Source: Tricharina praecox (Eukaryota). Taken from it: DNA of 64,000 bases. The notes under the pieces are model-generated. The model was not told the DNA's origin. It saw only the letters and a program-made list of their open reading frames with translations, and did no database searches. The stretch covers positions 1,116,001 through 1,180,000 of the forward strand of contig NW_026250413.1 in the NCBI RefSeq assembly GCF_024521635.1, written 5' to 3'. The translations under genes and the position numbers were made by a program. This document shows positions 12,659 through 23,758 of this stretch, piece after piece. How positions within the stretch are numbered: the first letter of the stretch is position 1; every line of letters starts with the position of its first letter.

Positions 12659-14887
12659 TTAACCGACGCTAGTACCGCCATCAACGACAATCTCCTGACC
12701 GTTCGTCCACTTGGCCATCTCACTAGCAAGCCAGACGGCAGGTCCGACCACGTCGCCGGGGACACCCAGACGTCCGAAGGGGTTCTTCTTCTCGAGGCGT
12801 CCGCGGACTTCCATGTCCTCGACGACCTCCTTGACCATCTTCGTCTGGACCAACCCGGGCGAGAGGGTGTTGCAGCGGACTCCGTACTTGGCGAGCCCCT
12901 GCGCGCAGTTCCGCATCAACTCGCGGATACCCGCTGCGGTGGGCGAGAAGTGGGCCTGCTTTCCGCCCGAGTCGCCGACGGACGTGGCCGAAACACAGAT
13001 CACGCTGTAGTCGGGCCAGTCGGACTTGGGCGTGTCGACCGGGAGCTCGAGGAACTGGCGCTTGAACTGGCGCGCACAGGCTTGGACGAAGTAGAAGTTG
13101 CCGTTGAGGTTCACGTCGACGTGGCGGCGCAGGAGCTCAGGGGTCACATCGAGGAATTCACGGAGCCTGGTGGATCGTTAGTAAGAGTTGCCGATAAGGG
13201 GGGGTTCCATGCACGACTTACCAGCACATTCCCGCGTTACCGACAGCGATATCGAGGCGTCCATATGTCTCGACCGCGCGCCTCACAATGTTCTCACTCG
13301 TCCTGGGATCCGAGATGTCGCCAAAGACGATCGTACATCCCTGACCGAGCGAACGGATGTCGACACACAGCGAGACAATCTCCTCGTTGGCGGGATCGGA
13401 CTTGGTGCCCCAGTAGTGAGCGATGATGTGCGCACCCTCCTTCGCGAAGCCCAGGGCGATGGCACGCCCGATACCCCGCGACGCACCGGTGATGGCGCAG
13501 ACCTTGCCCTCGAGGAGGCGGGGCCGCAAGGGAGGCTCGCGGTTGGCGTCGGTCTCGGGTGGGGTAGGTGGTCGCACGGGTGACTCGGGTTTGTACAGGT
13601 CCATGCGATCCATCCGCTCGACGATGCCGCGGTTGTCGGGGGAGCCGTGGCGCAGCTCCAGTGCGCCGGGGGAGTTCGTGGGAGAGTTCAGTGGCGAGCC
13701 GTGGCGGTGCTCCATGTCACCCTGGCGAAGACCCTGGCCGAGACCCTGGCCAAGACCCCCGCCGAGACCCAGTCGTGGGTCGGCGTGGTCCATCCCGTGA
13801 TGTCCTCCCATCCGTGAACTCCCTTCCTGGTGGTCGGGAGTGGCTTCGATGACGTGGACCGGGTGGCGCGGAGGCGCCTCGATCTGCTGCCTGTGGGGTG
13901 GCCGTGTCGGGGATGCGCTCCTGCTGTCGGGGCCGGGAGAGGACTCGTGCTGCTTGGTCTTGCGCTTCCCCCGCTGCTTGTTCTCCGAGATGGAGAGCAC
14001 GATCTGACCGGTGCCGTGCTCGGCGTTGATCGAGATCTGGGTCTTTGTCTCCTGGAACTCGGAGACCGGCTCGTTCGGGGGTGTAGGTGCAGCCGGAGGA
14101 AGGTGCACTGCCGAGTGGGAGTGGGGGATCATGGCAGTGGGAGCGGTGGACTCTGTCTCGGAACCGGAATCGATGCTCTGGGGTGGCATGGAGTAGGATC
14201 GCGAGGGAGGACCGTGTCGGCGCGAGGCCCGGTCGTCGACTGCCCACCGGTCGATGAAGGCGTTCTTGAGGTGGTCGTAAGACATAGCGTCGGTTTTACC
14301 TGATGAGTTCTATTAGTGGGGGAGAACCTTTGACATGGGAGAAGCGGGGAACAAACAGTCATGGCAGTTGATATCGTCGCAGGCGGGGTTGTCTCTTATC
14401 CAGGCATCATCTACGGGATGTCAGAACATGTTGTATGCGGTGGAGCTGGAAGTACTTACTCAAATCAAGCAGCCATCGGTGAGGTGTGAACCTGTTTGGC
14501 CACGCATTGGGATCGTTGGAATCGATCGTTTTGACGAACAGCGACCTGAGAATGACTTGCGTCAGCAAGGCTGGTTGTACACATCACACATCTGCGAGGC
14601 TGCAACAAGCAGGCGGGCGGGCATGCGGGGAAAGCGGGCAGGCGGACAAGCCAGCCAACACTGGACCGTCCTCGTCACAGGTCCGACCTTGCGCAAAGCA
14701 CAGCCACACACCCCGCAAGCCCGCAACCACACCCGCACAGACGCAACGCACAAGAAACTCACCATTTGCCAGCATCTGTAGCTCTCGGGTATGCGACACC
14801 GCACAGACGCTCGAATTTTCGCAGATGCTTCCAGGCATCGGACCGCGGGGTGAACTTTAAGTTCTGGAGTTCGGTAGCCGCATCCAT
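12659..14887 (-). CDS. Fusion protein of ~598 aa: Gag-capsid-like N-terminal domain, disordered linker, and catalytically degenerate SDR related to fungal L-rhamnose-1-dehydrogenase (exons 14887-14763, 14545-14460, 14299-13222, 13166-12659)
   Basis: Three canonical introns (GTGAGT..CTGAC..CAG; GTAAGT..CTAAT..CAG; GTAAGT..CTAAC..CAG) join in one frame of 1797 nt. SDR motifs TGASRGIG, GDIS, NAG, VNLNG, GVRCNTLSPG and VDGG are present. The YxxxK motif reads FSPTA. Confidence refers to the gene model and SDR call; the Gag-like call is less certain. Confidence 0.85.
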
Positions 14888-15012
14888 GATGATGGCGGTG
14901 TGTGTATGTAGATGGATGGATGGAGATTGTGGTATATATATCGGTTGTGTTTGGCGGGTGATCACTCGTGCGACGTCACTTTTCTAGGGTTGGCGGGGAG
15001 GAGGAGGAGGTG

Positions 15013-15013
15013 G

Positions 15014-15079
<66 letters not shown>

Positions 15080-15080
15080 G
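15013..15080. repeat. (GT)n microsatellite just upstream of the Gag-like/SDR gene
   Basis: Long TG dinucleotide run read directly, about 130 bp upstream of the ATG at 14887. Confidence 0.95.
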
Positions 15081-16229
15081 ATATACGCTCGACGATCCGG
15101 AGAACGACGTCTATAAGGGCAGCGGAGGTGAGTAAGGGAGATCTAGTTTGGCGGATGGTAATGGGAATCTATAGTGGAGAGGATGGAAGAAGGGCAGGAG
15201 GAAACAAGCCACCCGAACTTTATAGGGAGTTCGCGGTAGTGGGAGGGGGTGAGGTGAGGTTAGGAGGAGACGGAGGAGCGGGAGAGCACCGGATGAGATG
15301 AGGGAGGGGGGGGGGTGGGAGGAAATTAAATAAGAGAAGAAAAAAAACTGCACAGCGACAGCGATGCGTGGTCACTGGCTGACAGGCAGAGTCACTCACC
15401 CCGAGGGCAAACGAATGAGTGGGCCAGAAGCTCCAACGAAACGCTGGCGGAGGGCGGTGTAGCGGGTCGGCGGCGGTGGTTGACGAGGGAGAGGTGGTGG
15501 TTGGTGATGTGTTGTTGCTATGGGAGAGATTCCGAGCCTTGCGGGGTAGTAGGGAGCAGTATCCTTGCTGCGGGTCGAAACCTGTTACATGCGAAATGGG
15601 GCCCGCTCTACTCTAGTGGGACCCTTCGGCCCATGTACTGGCTGGGTGGGTGCGGACAGCGATGGCAGCGCGCACTCGGTCTGGCCTCAGGTGAGATCAG
15701 GACGAGGCGGAGAAGAATTTTAGAAACAGTGGCGAAGCAGGAGAAGGGGGCGGAGAGGATGATGGCAATGACGGAGGAGGGGGAGGGGTGAGGGGGCGAG
15801 AGGAGAGCGGGACCGCACCACGCCATTAAAAGAGGAGGGAGAGGAGAGCCACGGGCAAATCGATCAAAGCAATATCGGTCATCCGTCGACGTCAACCGGC
15901 GTGCAAAGTGAGACAGCCAGTCCCGGCAGGCAAGACCAGCCAGCCATGGCCAGCAGAGTGAGGAGATTCCGATCAGCCCCCGCAGCAAAGCAGAGCTGCT
16001 GTTGCGGCGGCAGCAGCTCCAAAGCGGTCCAGAGTGGTTAGAGTAGGTGAGTAAGTCCGGTACTTACTGCTGCGGGCGGGGGGAAAAAGCTCACGGTTTC
16101 GACATTAACAGATCGAGCAGATTTTTCGATTCGCCGCAGCCGGGCGATATTCCGCAACGGAAAAAGTTGATTTTCCAGCAGCAATTGCGAATCGAGCAGC
16201 CAGTCAAGTCGGCCAGCCAGCGAGCAGCC

Positions 16230-16305
16230 AAGCAAGCAAGTAGAAGCAGCAAGCAAGCAGCAAGCAAGCAGCAAGCAAGCAGCAAGCAAGCAGCAAGCAA
16301 GCAGC
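16230..16305. repeat. AGCA/AGC compound microsatellite
   Basis: Repeated AAGCAGCAAGC-type units. Confidence 0.9.
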
Positions 16306-18367
16306 AGGAACGCAGCTAGCCGACTGGCGGTTAACACCTGCGACGTGTCAGTGGGGGACTAACTACGGTAGAGTGCGACCTGCATGGCCGGCGTTCCCTG
16401 TCGCGACCCACCCTCCGCCCACCCTCCGTTGGGAGTGGGCGTTGGGCTTCTCTTCCCGCCCAATTCCATCCCCAGCGGGAATCGTCTCGCCCTCGTCCAT
16501 CCGCAGCGCATCGCCATCTGTTGTAAGCGGTTTCGTCCGTCCGGCGGGCGGCTTCGGCGCAGCGCGAAGCGGTCGGTCAGTGTCTGTGACGCCGTTCGCA
16601 GCCCGCAGTCCGCCGCCTCCCCAGCCACGCCGTGACGACGACGACGGACGACGGGCGTCCAACGTTGCGGAAAGGGAGAATCGTTGGGTGAGGCCTTTAC
16701 TTTTTTCACTTTTGCTTTTGTTTTTGTTTTTGTGATTTCTATTTCTATTTGTGTTTTTTATTTTCTTCTTTTCCACCCACCTTCTCTTCCTTCTTCTCAT
16801 CTGTGGGCGCGCGATATGTAACCCAGAGTGTCGGGGCACATCGTGCAATGACGATTGTCGTTGGAGGAGGGGGGAGCTCCGCGAAAAGCTTTGGCAGCAG
16901 CGCCGCCGCACTCGTGGCCACTGGGCATGGGCTGGTCTGAAGACTGTTGCGGCGAGCACGCTGCATATGCGGAGCACTCTAGCTACCTCTCGCTCGAGAC
17001 ACCTTGGAAGTGTCGTGTGTAAGTCCCCAAGCAAGAGGCATGAAGAATCTAGATACCGGACGGCATTTGAAGATCTCTGCTGCCCTGCCGCCCTGGAAAT
17101 CATCACGTCCAGCGGCCAGCCAGACCTCCAGATACCAGGTAAGAAGTAGGTATCCGTCACGAAAGCCCGCTCTTCGGCAGACAGATAAAGGGCCCCCCCC
17201 TCCCTCCCTTCCTTCCTTCCCCTGTCCCTTTCCCTTTCCCGGCATCTTCCTACGGCCGCCAGCGCCGGCCCGTTCCCGATCAGGCTAGCCCCGGCAGGTT
17301 AGACCCGGCAGAGCCCCATCTCATCTCACATGCCCGACCAGGCCGACCTGCGACCACCAACCTGACCAGCCCAGCTAGTCTAGTCTGCACCCCTATCCCC
17401 GCGCCGCACCGCCGCTCATCTGACGAGCCCGCTCCACACCGCACTGCAGCGGATTACTCTCGACCGCAACCCGCCTCGTCCAGGCTGGACGGGCCAGGGC
17501 ATAAATGCAAACGCCGAAGTCGCCACCTATGCAGCCGATGGTTCCCACCATGCACCTATTCTATCCCCGCTCGTGACTGAGACGGCCGGCCGTCGTGTGC
17601 TTGCGTGCGTGCGTGCGTGCGCGTGATGCGGCCTGCACCGTGCAACCGCCCGGTCGCCTCTCCCCGCCGGCGACCATCGCCCGCCCCCGCCCCCGCCACT
17701 TCACGACTTCGCGACTTCGCGACTTCTTCCCGCCTCACAATCCTATGTGTATGTACGGCTGTCAATTCCGCATCCGAATCGTGTGAGCGTGAATGTGAGT
17801 GTGGGTGTAAATGTGATTGTGGCTGTGAGTGCACGTTCGGTAAGGCAAGGTAAGATGAGGTAAGGGCTTCCGCTGTCTAAATCCGGACCGGCCGCGAGCG
17901 AAGAAGTGGCTTATATGCATCGAACGGTGCGTGGAAGCTTCCATTGCGGATGGGGCTGCCCAGAGCTCTGTTCTGCTGCATGTGTGGCGCGAGCTCGAAG
18001 ATGCTTAACTATCGCCCGCGGACTACATATGGTAGACTCCCACACGACCACACGACCACCTCGTCGGAATAAGCTTCTCCGACAAGTCCAAGCGCAAGTT
18101 GACTTTGCACGCTCGGACTGGACGCAAAGCTATTGCTGAGCTTCCTCCGCCGGCTGGCCGCTTATGTACTATACATATAGTATACAGTCCGAGCTTTGGC
18201 AACGGTTTGGCAACAGTGTCTCTCCCTACTGCCCGCCTGCCTGCTACCGGTACTCTCAAGGTACTAGTAACGAGTCAATTCCACACCGTAGCTCATGGTG
18301 TTCAGATCACGGCAATCCGTATGTACGCTGTATGCCCTCTCCTCCCATGCCACCGCCTCCCTCCAAT

Positions 18368-19351
18368 TCACGTGCACCACTCCCCCTCCCCCACCGCCGC
18401 GTCCCCCATCAAGATCCTCTCAAACACCTCCACCCCCTCCCTCCCCAGCGCCGTCGCCACTCCCACCGCGCCCGCGCCCACCGTCAGCATCCTAACCATC
18501 CCGTCCCTATCCCCCACGCCTCCCACACCTATCACCACCACGCCCCCCAACCCCCTCTCATCCAGGCCCCTCCTAAGACTGTCCACATTCCCAACAGCAA
18601 GCCAATGAATCGCCTCCCCGGCCAGCCCTCCCACTCCGGTCCCGGCGGGTGACGACAGCGTGGGCTGCCAGATCCTTTTCCCGCCATCGACGCTGAGCGA
18701 CGGCGGCGCGGACAGGTGCAGCGCGCCGCCGAGCGAGTTCGTGGCGGTAATGAACGACAGCGCCGCCGGGTACCGCGCCACTACGTCGAGTACCGCGTCG
18801 AACTGCGCGGGGTATGTGAACGGCGGGAGCTTGATGCCCACTGGAACTCCCATCTGCTCCGGTAGTAGCTGCAGATACGACCCCAGCCCCTCGGCTGAGT
18901 ACGCGGGCGGCGGGGCGCCCGGGATGTTAGGGCAGGAGAGGTTTATCTCCGCGAACAAGCGCAGGTTGTGGGTAGCGGCGAACGTGGCGATCTCGTGGAC
19001 GCCGGCCGCTACCGCGTCTGCGCCGCCGGTGATAGAGACGATAAACGGCTTCGTCTGCGGTGCGCCAGTGCCGCGCACTATCTCGCGGATCCACGAGAGG
19101 TACGAGGTCAGTGGAGAGGGCGAGTAGCCGTATGTGTTCACGCTGCTGGTGGAGAAGAGGTGGTGCTGGTGGATTCGTGGGTCGTGCGGGAATGGTGTGG
19201 GGAGGAGGGAGGTGCGTGTTGTTACGCCGCCGGTGAAGGGCGAGAGGTAGAGGGAGAGAAGGTCCGCGGATGTGCTCGCCCAGGGGCTGGCGCTGTTTAG
19301 GAGGGCGGGCTGGAGGGTTATGCGCGGTGAGCGCGGCGGCGGTGAAGGCAT
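18368..19351 (-). CDS. Class-1A dihydroorotate dehydrogenase-like FMN enzyme (Ura1-like; possibly dihydrouracil oxidase), intronless
   Basis: Motifs LLNSASPW, VTTRTS, NTYGYS, PFIVSITG, EINLSCPN (active-site Cys loop), GIKLPP, TATNSLG, GGLAG, IGVGGV and GAGAVGVATAL. There is no N-terminal membrane or mitochondrial extension. Confidence 0.88.
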   Translation of the reverse strand: MPSPPPRSPRITLQPALLNSASPWASTSADLLSLYLSPFTGGVTTRTSLLPTPFPHDPRIHQHHLFSTSSVNTYGYSPSPLTSYLSWIREIVRGTGAPQTKPFIVSITGGADAVAAGVHEIATFAATHNLRLFAEINLSCPNIPGAPPPAYSAEGLGSYLQLLPEQMGVPVGIKLPPFTYPAQFDAVLDVVARYPAALSFITATNSLGGALHLSAPPSLSVDGGKRIWQPTLSSPAGTGVGGLAGEAIHWLAVGNVDSLRRGLDERGLGGVVVIGVGGVGDRDGMVRMLTVGAGAVGVATALGREGVEVFERILMGDAAVGEGEWCT

Positions 19352-20413
19352 GGGGGCTGCGTTTTCGTCGAGGTAGTGGGGATGTTTGCACGTGAAATCG
19401 TGAGGTCTAAGGTCGTGAGCTCCCTCGTTGTAAAATCAAAAACAGTGCGGGATACACGCCGGTTATAAACGATCTCGGATCAATCCAGCACAGCCCAAAA
19501 CGTTGCATCGAGCGGAGCGGAGCTTCACCCGGAGACGAGATCGCATCTCGACTGCATCTCGACTGCCTATCCCATCCCAGGCCAGGCCAGCTAGACATCT
19601 CATGATCATAAGGTGAGCGCGCCCAGCGTTGTAGGTATCTTGGACCTTGGATCTTGTATCCTGGAAACGAGAAGGAGAACGAGAAGGAGAAGGAGGAGGA
19701 GAAGGTGAGCGATCGCGATAACGTTTGGTCTTGGTCATTGCTATCTAGAGTAGTATCTACCGATAAACCGATAAGGCCTACACCGCCTCCACGCCGCCTC
19801 ATGTTTCATGACGTTGGCATTGGCATTCCACTGCCTGCGAAAAAAGCAAAGGATGTCTCACCGTGGATGATGATGATGACTGCCGGGAGGACGGTATGTA
19901 CCAGGGCAAAACTTGGATTGATGGGGGCGAAGTGTATGCGGGATGCCGATGTCGCACGGACGGGAGTTGTCGTCTGCCACCAGAGATGAGCACATGACAC
20001 ATGTGGGATAGATGGAGGATCAGATAAGATATGCTGGAGGAGGAGGGGCTATCCGGACTAGCCAGATTGAGTGACACCTCACGTTGCACGTTGGCAGCGG
20101 AGGAGAGTCATACCGTACTCAATGGCTCTCGGAAGTTGAATACAACCTCACCTTCTCCCTCATCCCTCATTCGCCGCTCCCTCCAAGGCTACATACGCCA
20201 CCATTGTCCAGCCACCAACGATGGGATAGTCAGGTACAGTCTTACAGGATTGCGTGCTCTGTCGTCTGGGTGGCCCCATCCCACCACTACCTAACAATTG
20301 TCGAACTGGGCGCTCGTTCGAGTCATACTGCCCGCGCTATCCCGGGACCGACCCTTACTCTATCTACATATAACCTCTCGGGCAGCGGCCGCCCACCTCC
20401 CTTATACTCAATC

Positions 20414-21574
20414 ATGTCTTCCCCGCCCCCCACCCCTCCCGCGCCTCCCCCACAGCACGCGGCCTTCACAACCTGGGCCCGTACCGCCGGCGTAACGACT
20501 CACTCCATCGTCCCGACCCTCATCCCTGGCGCCGGCCTGGGCATCACCTCCACCACCCCAATCCCGTCGGGCACGGTGATCGCATTCTGCCCGCGCTCCC
20601 TCCTGCTAAACATCTCGACCGTCCCCCTCTTCTCGCCCACGCTCCCTCCCTTCCCGCCAGGCACACGTACACACGCGATCCTTGCGGCCGCCATCGCGCT
20701 TAGCCACGCCGATCCCAAGAACCCGTGGGCCGCGTGGATCCCCACGTTCCCGAGTCGGGAGGATCTGCGCGGCCTGCCGTTGTTCTGGGACAAGGCGAGG
20801 CGGGCGAGGCTGCCGGCTTCGGCGAGACGGTTGCTCAGCGCGATGGAGAAGAGGATGGAGGCGGATGAGGCCGCGGTGAGAGCAGTGTGCGGGGTGGGGG
20901 TGGGAAGGGAGGTGTATCAGTGGGCGTGGGCCGTGGTTAATACGCGCACGCTGTTTTATCCTGGCGCTGGGGGAAAGCGCGAGGATAAGCTCACGCTGTG
21001 TCCGTTCGTTGACTACTTCAACCACACGTCGCGGGCGGGCGCGTGTAGTGCGGTGTATGGGCCGCGGGGGTACACCGTTACCACCACGCGGGATGTGGCG
21101 GCGGGAGAGGAGCTGTGTGTTACCTACGGCCCGCACTCGGGGGATTTCCTGCTGGTCGAGTATGGTTTCGTCCCCGAGGAGAATGAGGCCGATGCGCTGC
21201 TGCTGGATCCGTGGTTGGAGCGCCTGCAGGGGGTAAACGAGGTTAGGGAGCGCTTGGAACTGGAGGGCTACTGGGGGAATTGGGTGCTTGATGGGAGGGG
21301 GTGGTGTTATCGCACTGAGGTGGCCATAAGGCTGGTCGTGGGCGATGAGGGGAGGTGGTATGCGTTTCTTGGGGGGGATGAGGGAGGCGCGGTCGAGGCG
21401 GCGAGGGTTAAGGGCGTGTTGAGGGGGGTGCTGAAGGGCGTGCTGGAGGAGGCGGATGAAGTCGAGGCGATGGGGGCGGAGGAGGAGGATGTGGATGCGG
21501 AGATCGAGGAGACTATCAGGAGGAGGTGGCGGCAGATACGAAGGATTGTAGGCGAGGTGCTGGAGAAGACATAG
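20414..21574 (+). CDS. SET-domain protein lysine methyltransferase (Rubisco-LSMT/Rkm2-Set11-like)
   Basis: Motifs GAGLGI, WAWAVVNTR, LCPFVDYFNH and GEELCVTYGPHSGDFLLVEYGF. The likely ATG is at 20414; the ORF-track start at 20084 is a non-ATG extension. Confidence 0.9.
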   Translation: MSSPPPTPPAPPPQHAAFTTWARTAGVTTHSIVPTLIPGAGLGITSTTPIPSGTVIAFCPRSLLLNISTVPLFSPTLPPFPPGTRTHAILAAAIALSHADPKNPWAAWIPTFPSREDLRGLPLFWDKARRARLPASARRLLSAMEKRMEADEAAVRAVCGVGVGREVYQWAWAVVNTRTLFYPGAGGKREDKLTLCPFVDYFNHTSRAGACSAVYGPRGYTVTTTRDVAAGEELCVTYGPHSGDFLLVEYGFVPEENEADALLLDPWLERLQGVNEVRERLELEGYWGNWVLDGRGWCYRTEVAIRLVVGDEGRWYAFLGGDEGGAVEAARVKGVLRGVLKGVLEEADEVEAMGAEEEDVDAEIEETIRRRWRQIRRIVGEVLEKT

Positions 21575-22114
21575 ACATATCGAAAGCCAGTGTCATCGTG
21601 AGCAAGCATTCAACTTCAACATCGACGTGATGTATCGACACATTATATACTAGTAGTATAGTAGACTACATCCAACTGCAGAACTTTCTCTCTTCGCCCC
21701 ATTCACCCCCATTCCCCTTTCCCCTCCCCGTTCACCTGCATCTCCCCTTCTCGCTCCTCCTTAGATCCATTGTGTACCTCCCTCGACCCCAAAAGCAACA
21801 CGACCAGTCCAGTCCAAATCCCGCAAATGCGCCAAACTCCTACATACAAGAATACGTACATGAACAAACAACCCATCAATACAAGGAATGGATTAATCAA
21901 ACGGAATAGGAAGAGGAAGAGAGCTAGAGCTAGATACAAATTTACGGGTATGCTCGGGGGGTTGTGGGAGAGGGGCGTAGCAGTCGTCGGACCGGGAAAA
22001 CGGGGGCTGGCCATGTCGGGCCCTGGGCAGGGGGGGGGGGGGGGGGGGCAGCTCGACTAGCGAGGAGGGTGCAGCAAGAGCGGAACAATTGCGCCAGCTA
22101 CTGTCGGTGGTGGT

Positions 22115-23758
22115 TCAAAAGAACATATCCTGATAGCCCGGAGGATCGAGATAGAGGCTATGATGGTGATGATTCTGCTGCTGCTCCGGGGAGGGGTGTC
22201 TCCTGTCCCTCTGTTGCTGTCCATGCTGCTGTCTTGGTTGCTGCTGCAGCTGGTTTTGCAGCTGGTTGCCGACGCAATTCTTCCTGTGATGCCTAGCGGA
22301 ATGTTCCGTAGCGAAGAATCTCGGACAAGTCCTGCACGCATGTCCCTGTCCATGATGATCGGCCAGGTGGCGATCGAGCTTTGTCACGGCGCAGTCGCAG
22401 AAGTTGCAGTGCTCGCCGACGCCGTGCTCCTTGGCCATGTGCTTGCTTAGCGCGGTGAGCGTGCCGAAGGTGGTCGGGCAGTGGCCGCAGTGCCGGCCCA
22501 CGCCGTGCTTGGATGCCTTGTGCCGCTGAAGGCTGTATTGGTTCGACAGGCACGCGCTGCACTCGTCGCACTTGATGCCGCCGGCGTGGTGCGCTTGGAT
22601 GTGCGCTCTTGCAGCGGAGGGGTTAGTGGGGGATTTCTTGCTTGCAGACCACGACGACGGAGGGACTCACTTGAGGTCGCGCGGAAAGGGGAAGTGCCGG
22701 CTGCAGCTGTCGCAGGTTCGATCCTGCCCAGCCTGCGAGGAGGTCTCCGTTTCGTTGCCGTGCTCGGACGGTCCGGGTGCCCTGCTGCACGCATCACATC
22801 AGCTCGGTGTGGACCCGCTCCGGCACGGGGACGAAACGAACCTTGGCCCGCGGTTGCGGTCACCCCCGGCCTGCGACGACGTCTCCGTCTCGTTGATGGG
22901 CTCGGACGCGACCGTTTTCGTCCGCTTGCACTGTCTGTACCCGGGAGACTGCTGCGACAGCGACAGCGACGTGAACGACGACGGCGGGCCCATGTTCTTG
23001 CTGGTTGACGGCTCGATGGAGCGTGCATCCCCGGGTATGTATGGGTCGAAGTGTGTGCGGCTGGTGAGCTGCAGTTGCGGGTCAAGATTCGACTCGCTAT
23101 TGGAGTAGTCGGCAGCGCTGTCCAGGTCCTCGCCGGGATCCCTGAGCCTTCTCGTTCCCCGCCGGAACGACTGTCGCTCGCCCAGCGTGAGGTCGTTCCC
23201 CTGCCCGCTGCCCGCCGGCCGACTAGCTCCGTCGATCGTGCCGACAATGTCCGCCAGGTGGCGCTCCAGCAGCGCCGGGTGCGACCGCTCGTACGCCACT
23301 AGCGGCCGCGCATACCCCGACTGTCCGCCCGAGTACTGCGACACGTCGACGGTGCCGTCGAACGTGTTCCCCGTCAAGGCCATCTGTATGATCTCGACCT
23401 GCTCCCGCTGCAGTATGTGCGGGTTGATCGTGCCTGGATAGCACTCCCCATCCACGCCCATCGCCGTCGTCGTGGTCGCCGTGTGCTGCCTAGCAACCGA
23501 CTGTGCCAGCTGCGACTGCATGGCGGCCGGTCGCGCCAGCAGCTGCTCGTGGTACAGCTCGTCGGCCATGGCCTTCATGAGCTTGTACACCTCGCTCTTA
23601 TCGGCGCCGGTGATGTGCGCCACGCGGTTGCCGACGTTGACCAGGAGCCGGCGCAGGAGGGACTCGGGGCCTTGTGATTCCGAATGCTGGCGGTCATTGA
23701 AGCCCGAGTCACCGACGCTCCAGCTGGTGGACGGGAGTAGCGACGCCATCGAGGCCAT
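22115..23758 (-). CDS. C2H2 zinc-finger protein with about 5 fingers at the C-terminus (exons 23758-22842, 22781-22671, 22607-22115)
   Basis: After splicing introns 22841-22782 and 22670-22608 the frame reads CDSCSRHFPFPRDLKAHIQAHH, CDECSACLSNQYSLQRHKASKH, CGHCPTTFGTLTALSKHMAKEH, CNFCDCAVTKLDRHLADHH and CRTCPRFFATEHSARHHRKNC. Confidence 0.8.

Noticed and set aside
12635-13426. 263-aa plus-strand ORF and similar long antisense ORFs over GC-rich genes
   Set aside because: These are shadow ORFs caused by the GC3-biased codon usage of the real gene on the opposite strand.
771-14887. L-rhamnose catabolic cluster (Zn2Cys6 regulator plus LRA1)
   Set aside because: No lactonase, dehydratase or aldolase genes are nearby, the SDR lacks its catalytic residues, and nothing identifies the TF as RhaR.
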